A stretch of 64,000 nucleotides of DNA from Fimbriimonadia bacterium (GTDB lineage Bacteria; Armatimonadota; Fimbriimonadia; Fimbriimonadales; JABRVX01): assembly GCA_041483895.1 (NCBI GenBank), contig JBGPGO010000010.1:103069-167068 (forward strand), read 5' to 3'. Position numbers and translations under genes: made by a program. The notes below the pieces were generated by a model, which was not told the DNA's origin, searched no databases, and saw only the letters and a list, made by a program, of their open reading frames with translations. Below are positions 10,774 through 20,239 of this stretch, one piece after another (position 1 is the first letter of the stretch; each line of letters opens with the position of its first letter).

Positions 10774-10992
10774 TAGAACAATTCGGCAGCCGGGAGCATT
10801 CGCAGAATGTCAACCAAGTTGCGATTTCTTAGCGTTCCGTAATGCCACGAACCAATCATCACTCCATGCGGCATCCGGTCGTTACTGTACCACCCCAACC
10901 CCCAGCAAAATCGGCCCCAAATTCACCAACCAACCAATCCCGCGCGGTATAATCCCCCCGAACGCAATCCCTTGGTACGGGAGGAGACCCCA

Positions 10993-12747
10993 GTGAGAAA
11001 AGAACCCTACGCCGAGCAGCCCGTCTACAGGCTCCGGCATTCCACCGCCCACCTGATGGCACAGGCCGTCACAGAGCTATACCCCGGCACCCTGCTCGGC
11101 ATCGGACCGCCCATAGACAACGGCTTCTACTACGACTTCGATCTGCCCATCCCGATTGGGGAAGAAGACCTAAAACGCATCGAGAAAAAGATGCACGAAA
11201 TCGCCAAGAAGGACGAGAAGATCGAGCGCTTCGAGCTGCCCCGTCCGGAGGCCAAAAAGTACATCGAACAGGACCTAAAAGGCGACCCCTACAAGCTGGA
11301 ACTGCTGGACGACATCCCGCCGGAAGAAACCATCAGCTTCTACAAGCAGAGCGGCTTTGTGGACCTGTGCCGCGGCCCGCACGTCGAGCGCACCGGCAAG
11401 CTCAAGCATTTCAAGCTGCTCAGCATCGCCGGCGCCTATTGGAGGGGCAGCGAGAAAAACAAGATGCTGACCCGAATCTATGGCACCGCGTGGGAGACCG
11501 CCGCCGAACTGGAGGACTATCTGCACCGCGTGGAGGAGGCGAAAAAGCGCGACCACCGGCGGTTGGGCAAGGAGCTGGGTCTGTTTATGATTTCGCAAGA
11601 GGTGGGCTCCGGCCTGCCGATGCTGCTGCCTAAGGGCGCGACCGTCCGCCGTCTCTTGGAGGAGTACATCCGCGTGGTGGAGGAGGACGCCGGATACCAG
11701 CATGTGCAGACTCCGGCGCTGGGCAAGGCGGAGCTGTATCGCACCTCCGGCCACCTAACACACTACTCGTCCAACATGTATCCTATCATGGATCTGGACG
11801 GGGAAGAGTTTGTTCTGCGGCCGATGACCTGCCCGCACCACTTTATGATATACAAGTCTGAGGTGCGATCGTATCGCGATCTGCCGATGCGCATCGCCGA
11901 GCCCGGCACCGTGTATCGGTATGAGCGATCGGGCGTGCTGTCCGGCCTTATGCGCGTGCGATGTTTTACTATCAATGATGCGCACTGTTTCATCACTCCG
12001 GACCAGATCAAAGAAGAGATAAAGCACCATGTTAAGATGTTGGAACAGGTATATGATAAGCTGCAGATTCCGCGCGACATGTACTGGTATCGGCTGTCAT
12101 TGCCGGACCTGTCGGATAAAGAAAAGTATCATGGCAATTTGGATATGTGGGAGCTGGCGGAGATAGAGCTCCGGGCCGCCATGGATGAGATCAGCGCGGA
12201 CTATATGGCTGTGATCGGTGAGGCGGCGTTCTATGGTCCCAAGATCGATGTGGAGCTGCAGGACGCGCTGGGCCGGGAGGAGAGCGCCTCCACTATCCAG
12301 CTAGACCTGCTATTGCCGGAGCGGTTTGACATGCACTATGTGGGCGAGGACGGCAAGGAGCATCGGCCCGTGGTGATCCATCGCGCTCCCATCGGCTCGT
12401 TCGACCGCATGATGGCCTATCTCATCGAGCTGTATGGCGGGGCGTTTCCGCTGTGGCTGGCCCCGGTGCAGGCGGTCGTTCTCCCCATCGCCGACCGTCA
12501 TGTGGAGTACGCAAACGGCGTCCGGCAACAGTTGCGTTCCGCCGGCCTGCGCGTCGAGGTGGACGACCGGCGCGAGACCGTGGGGAAAAAGATTCGGGAT
12601 GCGGAACGGCAAAAGACCCCCTATATCCTGGTCACCGGGGACAAGGAGATCGAGGCAAACGCCGTCTCCGTCCGCCAACACGGGGCGGGCGACCAAGGCT
12701 CCATGTCGGTGGGGGATCTGGTCGGCAAGATGCACAGCGAACTCTAA
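10993..12747 (+). CDS. thrS: Threonine--tRNA ligase (short form without N-terminal TGS domain)
   Basis: RHSTAHLMA, DLCRGPHV, RDHRRLG, LRPMTCPHH, YRYERSG, IHRA, anticodon-binding domain; GAGGAG RBS before GTG 10993. Confidence 0.97.
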   Translation: MRKEPYAEQPVYRLRHSTAHLMAQAVTELYPGTLLGIGPPIDNGFYYDFDLPIPIGEEDLKRIEKKMHEIAKKDEKIERFELPRPEAKKYIEQDLKGDPYKLELLDDIPPEETISFYKQSGFVDLCRGPHVERTGKLKHFKLLSIAGAYWRGSEKNKMLTRIYGTAWETAAELEDYLHRVEEAKKRDHRRLGKELGLFMISQEVGSGLPMLLPKGATVRRLLEEYIRVVEEDAGYQHVQTPALGKAELYRTSGHLTHYSSNMYPIMDLDGEEFVLRPMTCPHHFMIYKSEVRSYRDLPMRIAEPGTVYRYERSGVLSGLMRVRCFTINDAHCFITPDQIKEEIKHHVKMLEQVYDKLQIPRDMYWYRLSLPDLSDKEKYHGNLDMWELAEIELRAAMDEISADYMAVIGEAAFYGPKIDVELQDALGREESASTIQLDLLLPERFDMHYVGEDGKEHRPVVIHRAPIGSFDRMMAYLIELYGGAFPLWLAPVQAVVLPIADRHVEYANGVRQQLRSAGLRVEVDDRRETVGKKIRDAERQKTPYILVTGDKEIEANAVSVRQHGAGDQGSMSVGDLVGKMHSEL

Positions 12748-12779
12748 CCCGCGTATCCTTGGTCTCTTGGATTACTAGG

Positions 12780-13748
12780 CTAGGCAAATCCGCGCGCTCT
12801 GATCCAATGCGGAAGTTGCGAAGCGAGATCCTCGGGGGAGTTGTACTTTAAGTGCGGATAATGGTTCGTGTCAAAATGCATCTTTAACGCTTCGACACCC
12901 ACGCGCTCGGCATAGTCTGCGGACATGATCGTGTAGATGACTTCCTTCTTTAGGGCATAGGCAAAGCCGGCTTCAAAGTAGACGCTTGGCCGTTCGCCTG
13001 TCATATCTGAAACGACGAACGTGGCAGATCTGATGTTGGCGATGATTTCATTGGTAATGTCTTCTCCGTTTGGAGGAGGATCATCGCCGAGCCACCGCAC
13101 TTCAAATCCCATGTCCCTCATGGCCCTTTGCCCTGCGACCATAGCATCTCTGGCGAGCGGATCCAACCACGACGCCAGAAACACCTTATTCGATACTGCC
13201 GGATGAGTCCTTGTAAGCTCGTCAAGCTTCTCGTATCCGGCGGCCGTAATGTTCTGACGACCCCCGTGGGATCGCGCGAGAATCCATCGTTTTTCCCGTA
13301 AATCTTCCATGATTGTCCCAGCTTCGTTCATATCCCGTACCCCATAGTAGACCGGATCGAGCATTTGATCCAGATTGATTCCCTGGCCATACGTGAATTT
13401 GCGGCTGAGCAGCAACAACGTGCGTTCCAAGCGATCCAAATGGCTTTGAGGTACAGCTTGATTTAGCACTTGGCCGAGTGTCAGTTCGGCGTATTTCGCT
13501 TCTGCATCAGGCCTTTCTTCGCCGGACAAAAAGACAATCTCGAACGCCTCTGGTTTCGTGATTCGGCGAAAGTAAAGCCAAGAACCAACAAAGCGCCGAT
13601 CTTGATCAAATGTTGGAGACCGTCGCCACTGCGGAAGATCATTGGCCTGGAATCTAAGAGACATTCGATAGGAACCGCATGTTGGACAAACAATTCCGTA
13701 CGGTAACTCTTCCCGAGCGTCGACGTTGTTGCAAAAGAGACATTTCAC
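12780..13748 (-). CDS. Zn-ribbon + helical domain + nucleoside 2-deoxyribosyltransferase/TIR-like domain protein
   Basis: N-terminal CLFC..CPTC; C-terminal KVFLAS..DITNEIIANIRSATFVVSDMTGERPSVYFEAGFAYALKKEVI..HFD, an NDT-like catalytic-Glu signature. Confidence 0.8.
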   Translation of the reverse strand: MKCLFCNNVDAREELPYGIVCPTCGSYRMSLRFQANDLPQWRRSPTFDQDRRFVGSWLYFRRITKPEAFEIVFLSGEERPDAEAKYAELTLGQVLNQAVPQSHLDRLERTLLLLSRKFTYGQGINLDQMLDPVYYGVRDMNEAGTIMEDLREKRWILARSHGGRQNITAAGYEKLDELTRTHPAVSNKVFLASWLDPLARDAMVAGQRAMRDMGFEVRWLGDDPPPNGEDITNEIIANIRSATFVVSDMTGERPSVYFEAGFAYALKKEVIYTIMSADYAERVGVEALKMHFDTNHYPHLKYNSPEDLASQLPHWIRARGFA

Positions 13749-13827
13749 CTACGGATTCTGCCCTTGGCGCGCTTCAGTTACTCTAGATGAATGAGCGCAC
13801 CTGGAGATCGGATTCGGCAGGCTTAGT

Positions 13828-15480
13828 TTACGTCGCATCTGATTTGCTTGGGATCCCCGCAAGGAGTTTGTCGCATTCCGCTCCACCAATTAGCTCTCTC
13901 TCTAGATATGAGGTCGGCCTCATGGGAACTTTAAGGTTGCTCTTTTTGGGCACGAACGGTGACTTTTTGCCGTCAATCTTGCGCTCCTGGGATTCGCCGG
14001 ATGAAAGGTGCATTGAGAATAGATCAACAAAACGCCTAGCGGACACGCCAATGAAAGGTTCAAACAGAACCTTGTGACATTCCTGAGGCTCAGTGCAATC
14101 ATCCTTCTCACGTTGAACCGGACGTTCACCGGCGATGCTTATTGAGTCGGATAGCAATTCAGGAACTTTGCTCTTGGGATATGGTTCGACGTAAATCACC
14201 TTCTTGATGCCTGCATCGACGATGTGCTTCCCACAGTTGTGGCATGGGAATGTCGTCGTGTATAAGCAGCCCCCGCGGGTCGAGATGCCAGCCCGGGCGC
14301 ACGAAAGGATTGCCTCCATCTCGGCGTGAACTGATCTCCCGTATTCCGTTATCTCCCAGATTGACGTGGTTCGCAGATCCTTGAGGAGTTGTGCAGAAAG
14401 GGCCTTGTCGTCGGTCGTGCGGCTGTAGTCGGGTTTGAGCTTCTTCAATTCCTCTTCCATTTGATGGGTCTGTTCTTCCAGTTTCCGTTTAACGACCGAA
14501 CCGATTTCATTCAATATTTCCTTCCTTCGAATCTCGTTCGAGTCGTAACCGCGCTCTTGGTCCCGGCATCGGATATCGTCATCGGACGAGTATTGTCCGC
14601 CTTCTGCCTTTGGTACCTCATTCGCACCGGTCGCGGTGATGTCGCCCTTCTCCGACACCAGCACCGCCCCAACTTGCCGAGAGAAGTCTGCCGATCTGAA
14701 ACTTGCTGCGTACGCGAGAAACATGCACGACTCGTCACGTGTTGGAGTCAAATGAGGATTCCCAAACATGATTTCTAGAATCCGTTGGACCTCGTCGCGC
14801 ATTTGCGGAGAGAGGCTGTCCACGTAGGCATCGGCTAGCGCAAATGTTTCTCGCGTATGTTGGCCATGTTCTACCTTTTCTTGTCGATCGCGTTCTAACG
14901 TTGTCGCCGCTTCCTCCGGTGGTATATCATAAGACCGAAATAATCCCATGCGTTCTTCAAAACTGGCATGCACCCCAAATAGATAGAAGCCAGGCCCGTA
15001 CACCTTCCTAAATGTCCGCACCTCGTCTGGGTGCTTGAACTGACGAACGATATGGACGGTGCGAGTGAAAGCTTGTGTTTCGAGCTTCTCTTTGCTAGAA
15101 TCCTCACGATTAACGTATGTGACCGTGGGGCGTTGAGACGCAATGTTGCGGATGGCAAGCAGGGCCATAAAGTCATTCCTGCCGGTGTCCCTCCTTATGT
15201 CATTTCCGGCATCCATCAGCCTGTTAATCTTCTCGTTGTAGTCAAGTGCATCAAGGTTCTGCGGTACATACCCCTGTAACGATGTCTCTGCTCTAATTAG
15301 GTCAGTCATTTTCACCGCATGGGGTTTGTATTTGAATCGCTGCTTCAGCAAATCTCCAAGTACGGTTGAGACGTGATCGAGATCAGTTCCCGTTGGGGCT
15401 ACGAGCCCAATTACGAACTCGGTGTCCTTGTAGGCCATGAATTCGCGCACTGGATCTACAGTGGAAGTAGTAGCGGTCAT
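13828..15480 (-). CDS. Anti-phage dCTP deaminase (P-loop kinase-like + dCMP deaminase; AvcD-like)
   Basis: N-terminal FVIGLVAPTGTD and QFKHPDEV; C-terminal SADFSRQVGA, VHAEMEAI, TTFPCHNCGKHI, YVEPYPKS Zn-deaminase motifs. Confidence 0.92.
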   Translation of the reverse strand: MTATTSTVDPVREFMAYKDTEFVIGLVAPTGTDLDHVSTVLGDLLKQRFKYKPHAVKMTDLIRAETSLQGYVPQNLDALDYNEKINRLMDAGNDIRRDTGRNDFMALLAIRNIASQRPTVTYVNREDSSKEKLETQAFTRTVHIVRQFKHPDEVRTFRKVYGPGFYLFGVHASFEERMGLFRSYDIPPEEAATTLERDRQEKVEHGQHTRETFALADAYVDSLSPQMRDEVQRILEIMFGNPHLTPTRDESCMFLAYAASFRSADFSRQVGAVLVSEKGDITATGANEVPKAEGGQYSSDDDIRCRDQERGYDSNEIRRKEILNEIGSVVKRKLEEQTHQMEEELKKLKPDYSRTTDDKALSAQLLKDLRTTSIWEITEYGRSVHAEMEAILSCARAGISTRGGCLYTTTFPCHNCGKHIVDAGIKKVIYVEPYPKSKVPELLSDSISIAGERPVQREKDDCTEPQECHKVLFEPFIGVSARRFVDLFSMHLSSGESQERKIDGKKSPFVPKKSNLKVPMRPTSYLERELIGGAECDKLLAGIPSKSDAT

Positions 15481-15663
15481 TACTCAATTATACCTAACAG
15501 CGATGGTAGCGTACACCGGCGGCCTGGTTCGACCAGTAACAGCCATGCTGCCTTGACATGGTCTCCGGAAGGCAAGTGTGCTCTCACGGTTGTGAAAAAT
15601 CAGGACTTGGTTCGCCGAATTGGTGGACCGAAGATCACTAGGTGCACGAATATCCAATCAGAA

Positions 15664-15692
15664 AGCGGGCAGAATTCGGTATTCTGCCCGCT
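15664..15692 (-). terminator. 12-bp perfect hairpin downstream of the small ORF
   Basis: AGCGGGCAGAAT-TCGGT-ATTCTGCCCGCT; only a weak U-tract on the minus strand. Confidence 0.6.
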
Positions 15693-15720
15693 CCCGTTGT
15701 CCGATTAGAAAGTGGCGGAG

Positions 15721-15894
15721 CTATTTCTTTCGGGTATCTTTCCCGGCGGATCCATCCTTGTGGCTTTTCGTTTTTACCGAGTTATCAATGCTTTTCAATC
15801 CAGAGTAGTCCCCTAGTTTCCAGGCCGGCCACTTGCTCACCTGAGAAAACCTGCGATCGCCATCGCCTCGTGGCTCTGTGCTTTTCTTAGCCAT
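15721..15894 (-). CDS. Unannotated 57-aa basic microprotein
   Basis: MAKKSTEPRGDGDRRFSQVSKWPAWKLGDYSGLKSIDNSVKTKSHKDGSAGKDTRKK*; GAAGGAAGGG RBS upstream of ATG; below the ORF-track cutoff. Confidence 0.55.
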   Translation of the reverse strand: MAKKSTEPRGDGDRRFSQVSKWPAWKLGDYSGLKSIDNSVKTKSHKDGSAGKDTRKK

Positions 15895-15923
15895 AGTTCA
15901 CCCTTCCTTCCGTAATTACAACA

Positions 15924-15952
15924 AACCTATCGAAAAAATTTCAACTATTCAA
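15924..15952 (-). promoter_or_regulatory. Sigma70-like promoter for the small ORF/RNA unit
   Basis: Minus strand TTGAAT-N17-TAGGTT in an AT-rich stretch. Confidence 0.45.
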
Positions 15953-16129
15953 CATATTGTAACACAGTTTATCGTTAACACTACATGTGCGGCTAAACTT
16001 TTTCGGACATACCTAGGACCATTCTCGACAGAAAAGTTGAGGTCTTTTGGCGAGACTTATACATTACAACTTCCGGTCACGGTATTTTCTCTCCAAATAG
16101 CTGCCATTTGGGACTGTAGCCATGTTGAA

Positions 16130-18574
16130 CTAGAACCTCCCGACAACCACATGCCTCCCAGATAGCGTGGTCGGCAGGCGGACGGTGTCGGTTGGGCCGA
16201 GGGGGAGGGGCTTGCCGTCCAGGGTTGCTGAGCGGAGAGGGCGGGCGTCGGGGGAGCGGAGGCGCATCACTATTTCGGCGGGCGGGGAGGCGAAGTGGGG
16301 GAGGTCGATGGTGACCGTGACGGAATCCCGCGCGGCGATGAGTGAGAGGGAAATGGACCCGCCGAACCAAGTGGCCATCTTCGAGACGGAGAGATGCGCG
16401 CCGGGGAAGAGCCACGAACGCGGAATCGCCTGCAGCAGCCACAGCGACTGCGCCGACCCGTCATATCCCCCGCGCTCGTTCACAAACATCCGCCGGATGA
16501 TTTGCCACCGCTCCCCATCCCCCGGCGCGCACGACGGCACTCCGTCCAGCGACTCCACCCCCACCCGCCAATCGCGATGCAGCACAACCGCCAAATTGTT
16601 GAACAGCCACTCGAAAAACCGCGGCAAATCGTCGCGCGCGAGGAACAGCGGACCGCCCATCGGCCACATCGTTTCATACTCCACATAGTGCCGCCACAGC
16701 CAGTGCCGCGGCGCATCCGTTACGCTGATGTCCGCAAAATTCATGTCCGCCGTTCCCTTGTGCAGCCCGCCGTAATAGGCGCCCTCCCCGCGCGGCATCC
16801 CCGCGTCCAAAAAAGCCAAAGATGGATCCACCAATTTGTCGTTGGGATCGAGTGCGCCGAGCGCCCCCGCCCGCAGCGGCCCGTACCCCGTGTAGGTCCA
16901 GTCCAGCGTGCGCCAATCCAGCTCCTGCACCATGCGCGGGACGAACGGCAACTGCGACCCGTCCGGCATCGGCACCGTCTTCGCCCTGCCCGTCGCCTCG
17001 GCATATCTGTCGTGCAATGCTTTGCGATAGTCAGCGATTTCTCGCGCCATTTCTTCCGCGCGCGGATGCTTGATCTCGCGCAGCAATCGCACGAGTTCCG
17101 TCATGCCATATATGCACCAGGCGTCATTAAAGATCGTATTTCCCGCCAACCAATCGTGCGCGGAGGCGGCGGGGAGCAGGCCGCGATAGGGAACATCTTT
17201 TTCCATCGTCCGTTTGCGTTGCGTGGCCACCCAATCGAAGGCTTTGATCATCGCGGGCAATGCTATTTTCAGCCACTCTTCATCGCGTGTGATTCGATAG
17301 TGCGACGCCAGCGCCCACATGCCCAGGCCGTGACTGATCAGCAGCGTGTTGGCGGTCCATTCTCCGAAGTTGCCGAGGAACCCGTCGACCTTCGCGTACC
17401 CCTCGCCCAATAGCTCTCCATGCCCCATGTTTGTGCGATTTAGCCCGCCGACATCGGACGTTTGCATCTTTAGAAACCCGCTCAACACTCTCTCATTCAG
17501 CGCCGTCTGCCCGCGTAGGTCGAAAGTGGGGAGCGCCTTCGCGGCGTTGCAGGGCCAGTAACCCTCGTACTGGTTGGGGCTGGTTTTGTACATCCACAAA
17601 TCGCTTTTTTCGCGATACGCAACCTGTTCCGCCATCTGCCCGGCGACGGCGGCCAAGTAGTCGTTGATAAACGGGTCCGGCGTTTTGATCTGCCCCGGCC
17701 CATCGATCACTTTTTTCCAATACCGCTTCACTTCATCGAACGCTGGTTTGTCATCGAATTTATCGGTCAGACCGTATGGCAGGGCGATTCGAAAATCCGC
17801 TTTTTCTTTCGATGCGAGCGATACCACCCACTCCAACCGCCCGTCATCGTGCCAGATCAGTTGTCCCTTTTTCGGCTTGGGTACCATACCACGGATATTT
17901 CCATCCATCATCAAATATGGCGCTTTGTATTGTATGGGGAGCGCCGGTGCAAGCTCTGGTTCGACGTGACACTTGTATCCCAGCGCTACTTTACTGGTAT
18001 CGCCAAAATGCAACCACAAGTGGCCCGTATCGCGTTTCGTACCAGTGTTAGTTACCATCCACGACGCATGTGTGATCAGCTGGTGATCGAACCGCGCGTA
18101 TACCACCTCGTGCCACACCAAATCTCCATCATGCGTCTCCACATGCGGGATCGGCAGCCGCCCATCTTCCAACCATCGCCGCACCAGGGGTTGCGACCCA
18201 ATAAGATGCGACCGGTCTCCCGACCGAGTCGCAAGTTCCGCAGGCTCCGTTTGATGCGACCGATCTCCTGACCGAGTCGCAAGAATCTGCAGGTCTCCTG
18301 ACCGATCCGCAAACCGCATCGGATCACCAAAACCCACAGACAGATGAAGACGGTTGTTGCCCAGCCCCACCGTCTCCGCCTGCATCACTTTCAAATCCCG
18401 AAAATCCAGAGGCCCAAACACCAACGACCCATCCCACAGCACGGCCGTCTGGAACTGATAGCCAGGCACGCCGACATGTTCCACCGCACGCGTCATCGGC
18501 GTCCATATCTTTTGCGCCTGTTCCATCGTCCACTCGCTCTGAAGCATTGCCAAACCCACCATAGCCATGATCAT
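16130..18574 (-). CDS. Six-hairpin glycosidase-like secreted protein with in-frame repeat insert
   Basis: ALASHYRITRDEEWL, GLLPAASAHD, NDAWCIYG, LWLLQAIPRSWL; start at MIMAMVGL is uncertain. Confidence 0.7.
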   Translation of the reverse strand: MIMAMVGLAMLQSEWTMEQAQKIWTPMTRAVEHVGVPGYQFQTAVLWDGSLVFGPLDFRDLKVMQAETVGLGNNRLHLSVGFGDPMRFADRSGDLQILATRSGDRSHQTEPAELATRSGDRSHLIGSQPLVRRWLEDGRLPIPHVETHDGDLVWHEVVYARFDHQLITHASWMVTNTGTKRDTGHLWLHFGDTSKVALGYKCHVEPELAPALPIQYKAPYLMMDGNIRGMVPKPKKGQLIWHDDGRLEWVVSLASKEKADFRIALPYGLTDKFDDKPAFDEVKRYWKKVIDGPGQIKTPDPFINDYLAAVAGQMAEQVAYREKSDLWMYKTSPNQYEGYWPCNAAKALPTFDLRGQTALNERVLSGFLKMQTSDVGGLNRTNMGHGELLGEGYAKVDGFLGNFGEWTANTLLISHGLGMWALASHYRITRDEEWLKIALPAMIKAFDWVATQRKRTMEKDVPYRGLLPAASAHDWLAGNTIFNDAWCIYGMTELVRLLREIKHPRAEEMAREIADYRKALHDRYAEATGRAKTVPMPDGSQLPFVPRMVQELDWRTLDWTYTGYGPLRAGALGALDPNDKLVDPSLAFLDAGMPRGEGAYYGGLHKGTADMNFADISVTDAPRHWLWRHYVEYETMWPMGGPLFLARDDLPRFFEWLFNNLAVVLHRDWRVGVESLDGVPSCAPGDGERWQIIRRMFVNERGGYDGSAQSLWLLQAIPRSWLFPGAHLSVSKMATWFGGSISLSLIAARDSVTVTIDLPHFASPPAEIVMRLRSPDARPLRSATLDGKPLPLGPTDTVRLPTTLSGRHVVVGRF
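18205..18305. repeat. Intragenic tandem palindromic repeats (GATGCGACCGRTCTCCYGACCGAGTCGCAAG x2 + partial)
   Basis: Copies at 18205 and 18253 (48 nt apart), partial at 18291; encode ATRSGDRSH twice. Confidence 0.85.
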
Positions 18575-18820
18575 GACATCCGGTTCTGGATGCGCGCAGG
18601 AAACTCCTTCCGCCGATGATGTCCGGCTGGTGTCGCATCGGTCAATCTTGTCCACGAAATAGGCTCAGTACTGGCACATTTTGCGTATGTGATGTATACT
18701 AACGGCAAATTGACTTGCATTGCTCCTGAGGGGATGGTTTCCCAACGAGCGAACAATCGCCCGGTTGGAGATTGGCACAGCTTTTGATTGGGAACTGTTG
18801 GAAATAAAGGAGTGATAAGA

Positions 18821-19492
18821 ATGCACCACTTTCACCGCAATGGATTTCGATTCGCAGGGATCCTGGCATTGTTAGCGGGATCAATCCCCGTATTTGCCGC
18901 TCCGAACATGGTAATCAACGGAGATTTCGAGAACAATACCGCCGGCAGCACCCAGTACAATTTGCCAAATGTTTCGTTCAACGCTCTGATGGCGAACTGC
19001 ACAGCTTTCGGGGATGCGGAGGAGATCGATATCATCGATCCATCCTCACCGTACGGGCTACCGCCAGTAAGCGGAAAATGGAAAATTGCGCTTCACCATG
19101 TTCGAAATGGCACTGCAGATGACGCCCTGTCGTTTGATTTGACTGCGCCGATCGTCATGGGAACAACATACAAGCTGAGTTTCTACGCCCAGTCGGTCTT
19201 GGATTTTGATCCCGGACCGGCGGCCGTCGAGGTCGGACTGTCAAACAGCGCGACCGCATTCGGAACCCTTGCATATTCCGGGACTCCGAGTACGAGCGCA
19301 TGGACTCTGTTGGGCACCACGTTCACGGCATCGATGAACGCGCAGTACTTAACGATGCGCGCGGACGCGAATAACACCGTGTGGAATCACGTCGATGCCG
19401 TTTCGCTAGAGGTTGTTCCCGAGCCTTCGGCTCTGGGCGTCGTTGGTCTGGCGGGTATCGCAGCGCTTCGCCGCCGTATCAAGCGAAGTTAA
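18821..19492 (+). CDS. PEP-CTERM protein
   Basis: Signal peptide, NMVINGDFE, C-terminal VVPEPSALGVVGLAGIAALRRR; AAGGAG RBS. Confidence 0.88.
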   Translation: MHHFHRNGFRFAGILALLAGSIPVFAAPNMVINGDFENNTAGSTQYNLPNVSFNALMANCTAFGDAEEIDIIDPSSPYGLPPVSGKWKIALHHVRNGTADDALSFDLTAPIVMGTTYKLSFYAQSVLDFDPGPAAVEVGLSNSATAFGTLAYSGTPSTSAWTLLGTTFTASMNAQYLTMRADANNTVWNHVDAVSLEVVPEPSALGVVGLAGIAALRRRIKRS

Positions 19493-19600
19493 GGTTCTTC
19501 GTTTCCGAGTCCCTCCCGCGCCTGCACATTGCGGCGCGGGGGGTATCTCGATTCCGCGATATGTCGGGGTCATCGGTTTTCGGGTGAGAAAAAGGGTGAT

Positions 19601-19659
19601 GTGTCGGGGTTCACTGCTAACGATCACTCATCGCCTGCCGGCCACCAAGACCCCGACAC
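19601..19659. repeat. 59-bp element, family B (terminal IR GTGTYGGGGT...ACCCCRACAC)
   Basis: Same terminal inverted repeats and length as the copies at 39299, 56631-56898 and 63979. Confidence 0.75.
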
Positions 19660-19678
19660 AGGGCGGTACAATCCCGCC

Positions 19679-20212
19679 GTGACCACCATCGAGCTGATGC
19701 GAAACGAAGCGGAGTTGGCCTACCAAGAGATTTTCACGGCCGTCGACGGCGTGACGGAGGCGCAGGCGTGGGCGGTGCTGCCGCAGGGCGGGCCAGACTA
19801 CCTGCACACCGACGGCTCCATCCAGGGCATTGTGCTGCACGTGGCGGGGTGCAAGAAGATGTATGGCAGCATCGCGTTTCGCGAAACGGAGGTCCGGTGG
19901 CGCAATGTGGCGGAGCAGATGGAGCGGTTCGAGCCATCATGGCCCGCCGCGCTCACCTATTTGCGCGAATCGCAGGATTACTGGATGTCCACCTGGTCCC
20001 ACCTCACACCGGCCTCGCTCTTGGAGGAGGTCCCGCACTTCCGCGGCGCCCTCTGGCCGGCATGGAAGATCATCCGCATAATGATCCACCACGACTCCTA
20101 CCACGCGGGCCAGATCGCGGTCCTGCGCTATGCGCTTTCCGAATCCACGACCAAACCCCCGCGCGCCGCCGATGACATCCGGAATTGCTGCGCCGAGTTG
20201 GCGTCGTGGTAG
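19679..20212 (+). CDS. DinB/YfiT-family protein
   Basis: SIQGIVLHVA and MIHHDSYHAGQI His triad; TACAAT 6 nt before GTG 19679. Confidence 0.85.
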   Translation: MTTIELMRNEAELAYQEIFTAVDGVTEAQAWAVLPQGGPDYLHTDGSIQGIVLHVAGCKKMYGSIAFRETEVRWRNVAEQMERFEPSWPAALTYLRESQDYWMSTWSHLTPASLLEEVPHFRGALWPAWKIIRIMIHHDSYHAGQIAVLRYALSESTTKPPRAADDIRNCCAELASW

Positions 20213-20239
20213 GACGTCGGGATTTGTGTCAAGCCGCAC

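Noticed and set aside
10774..10992. T-box riboswitch upstream of thrS
   Set aside because: No T-box consensus or terminator seen; a TATAAT box lies only about 40 nt before the start
18671..18686. Second sigma54-like motif CTGGCACATTTTGC
   Set aside because: GG-to-GC spacing is 8 nt rather than the required 10
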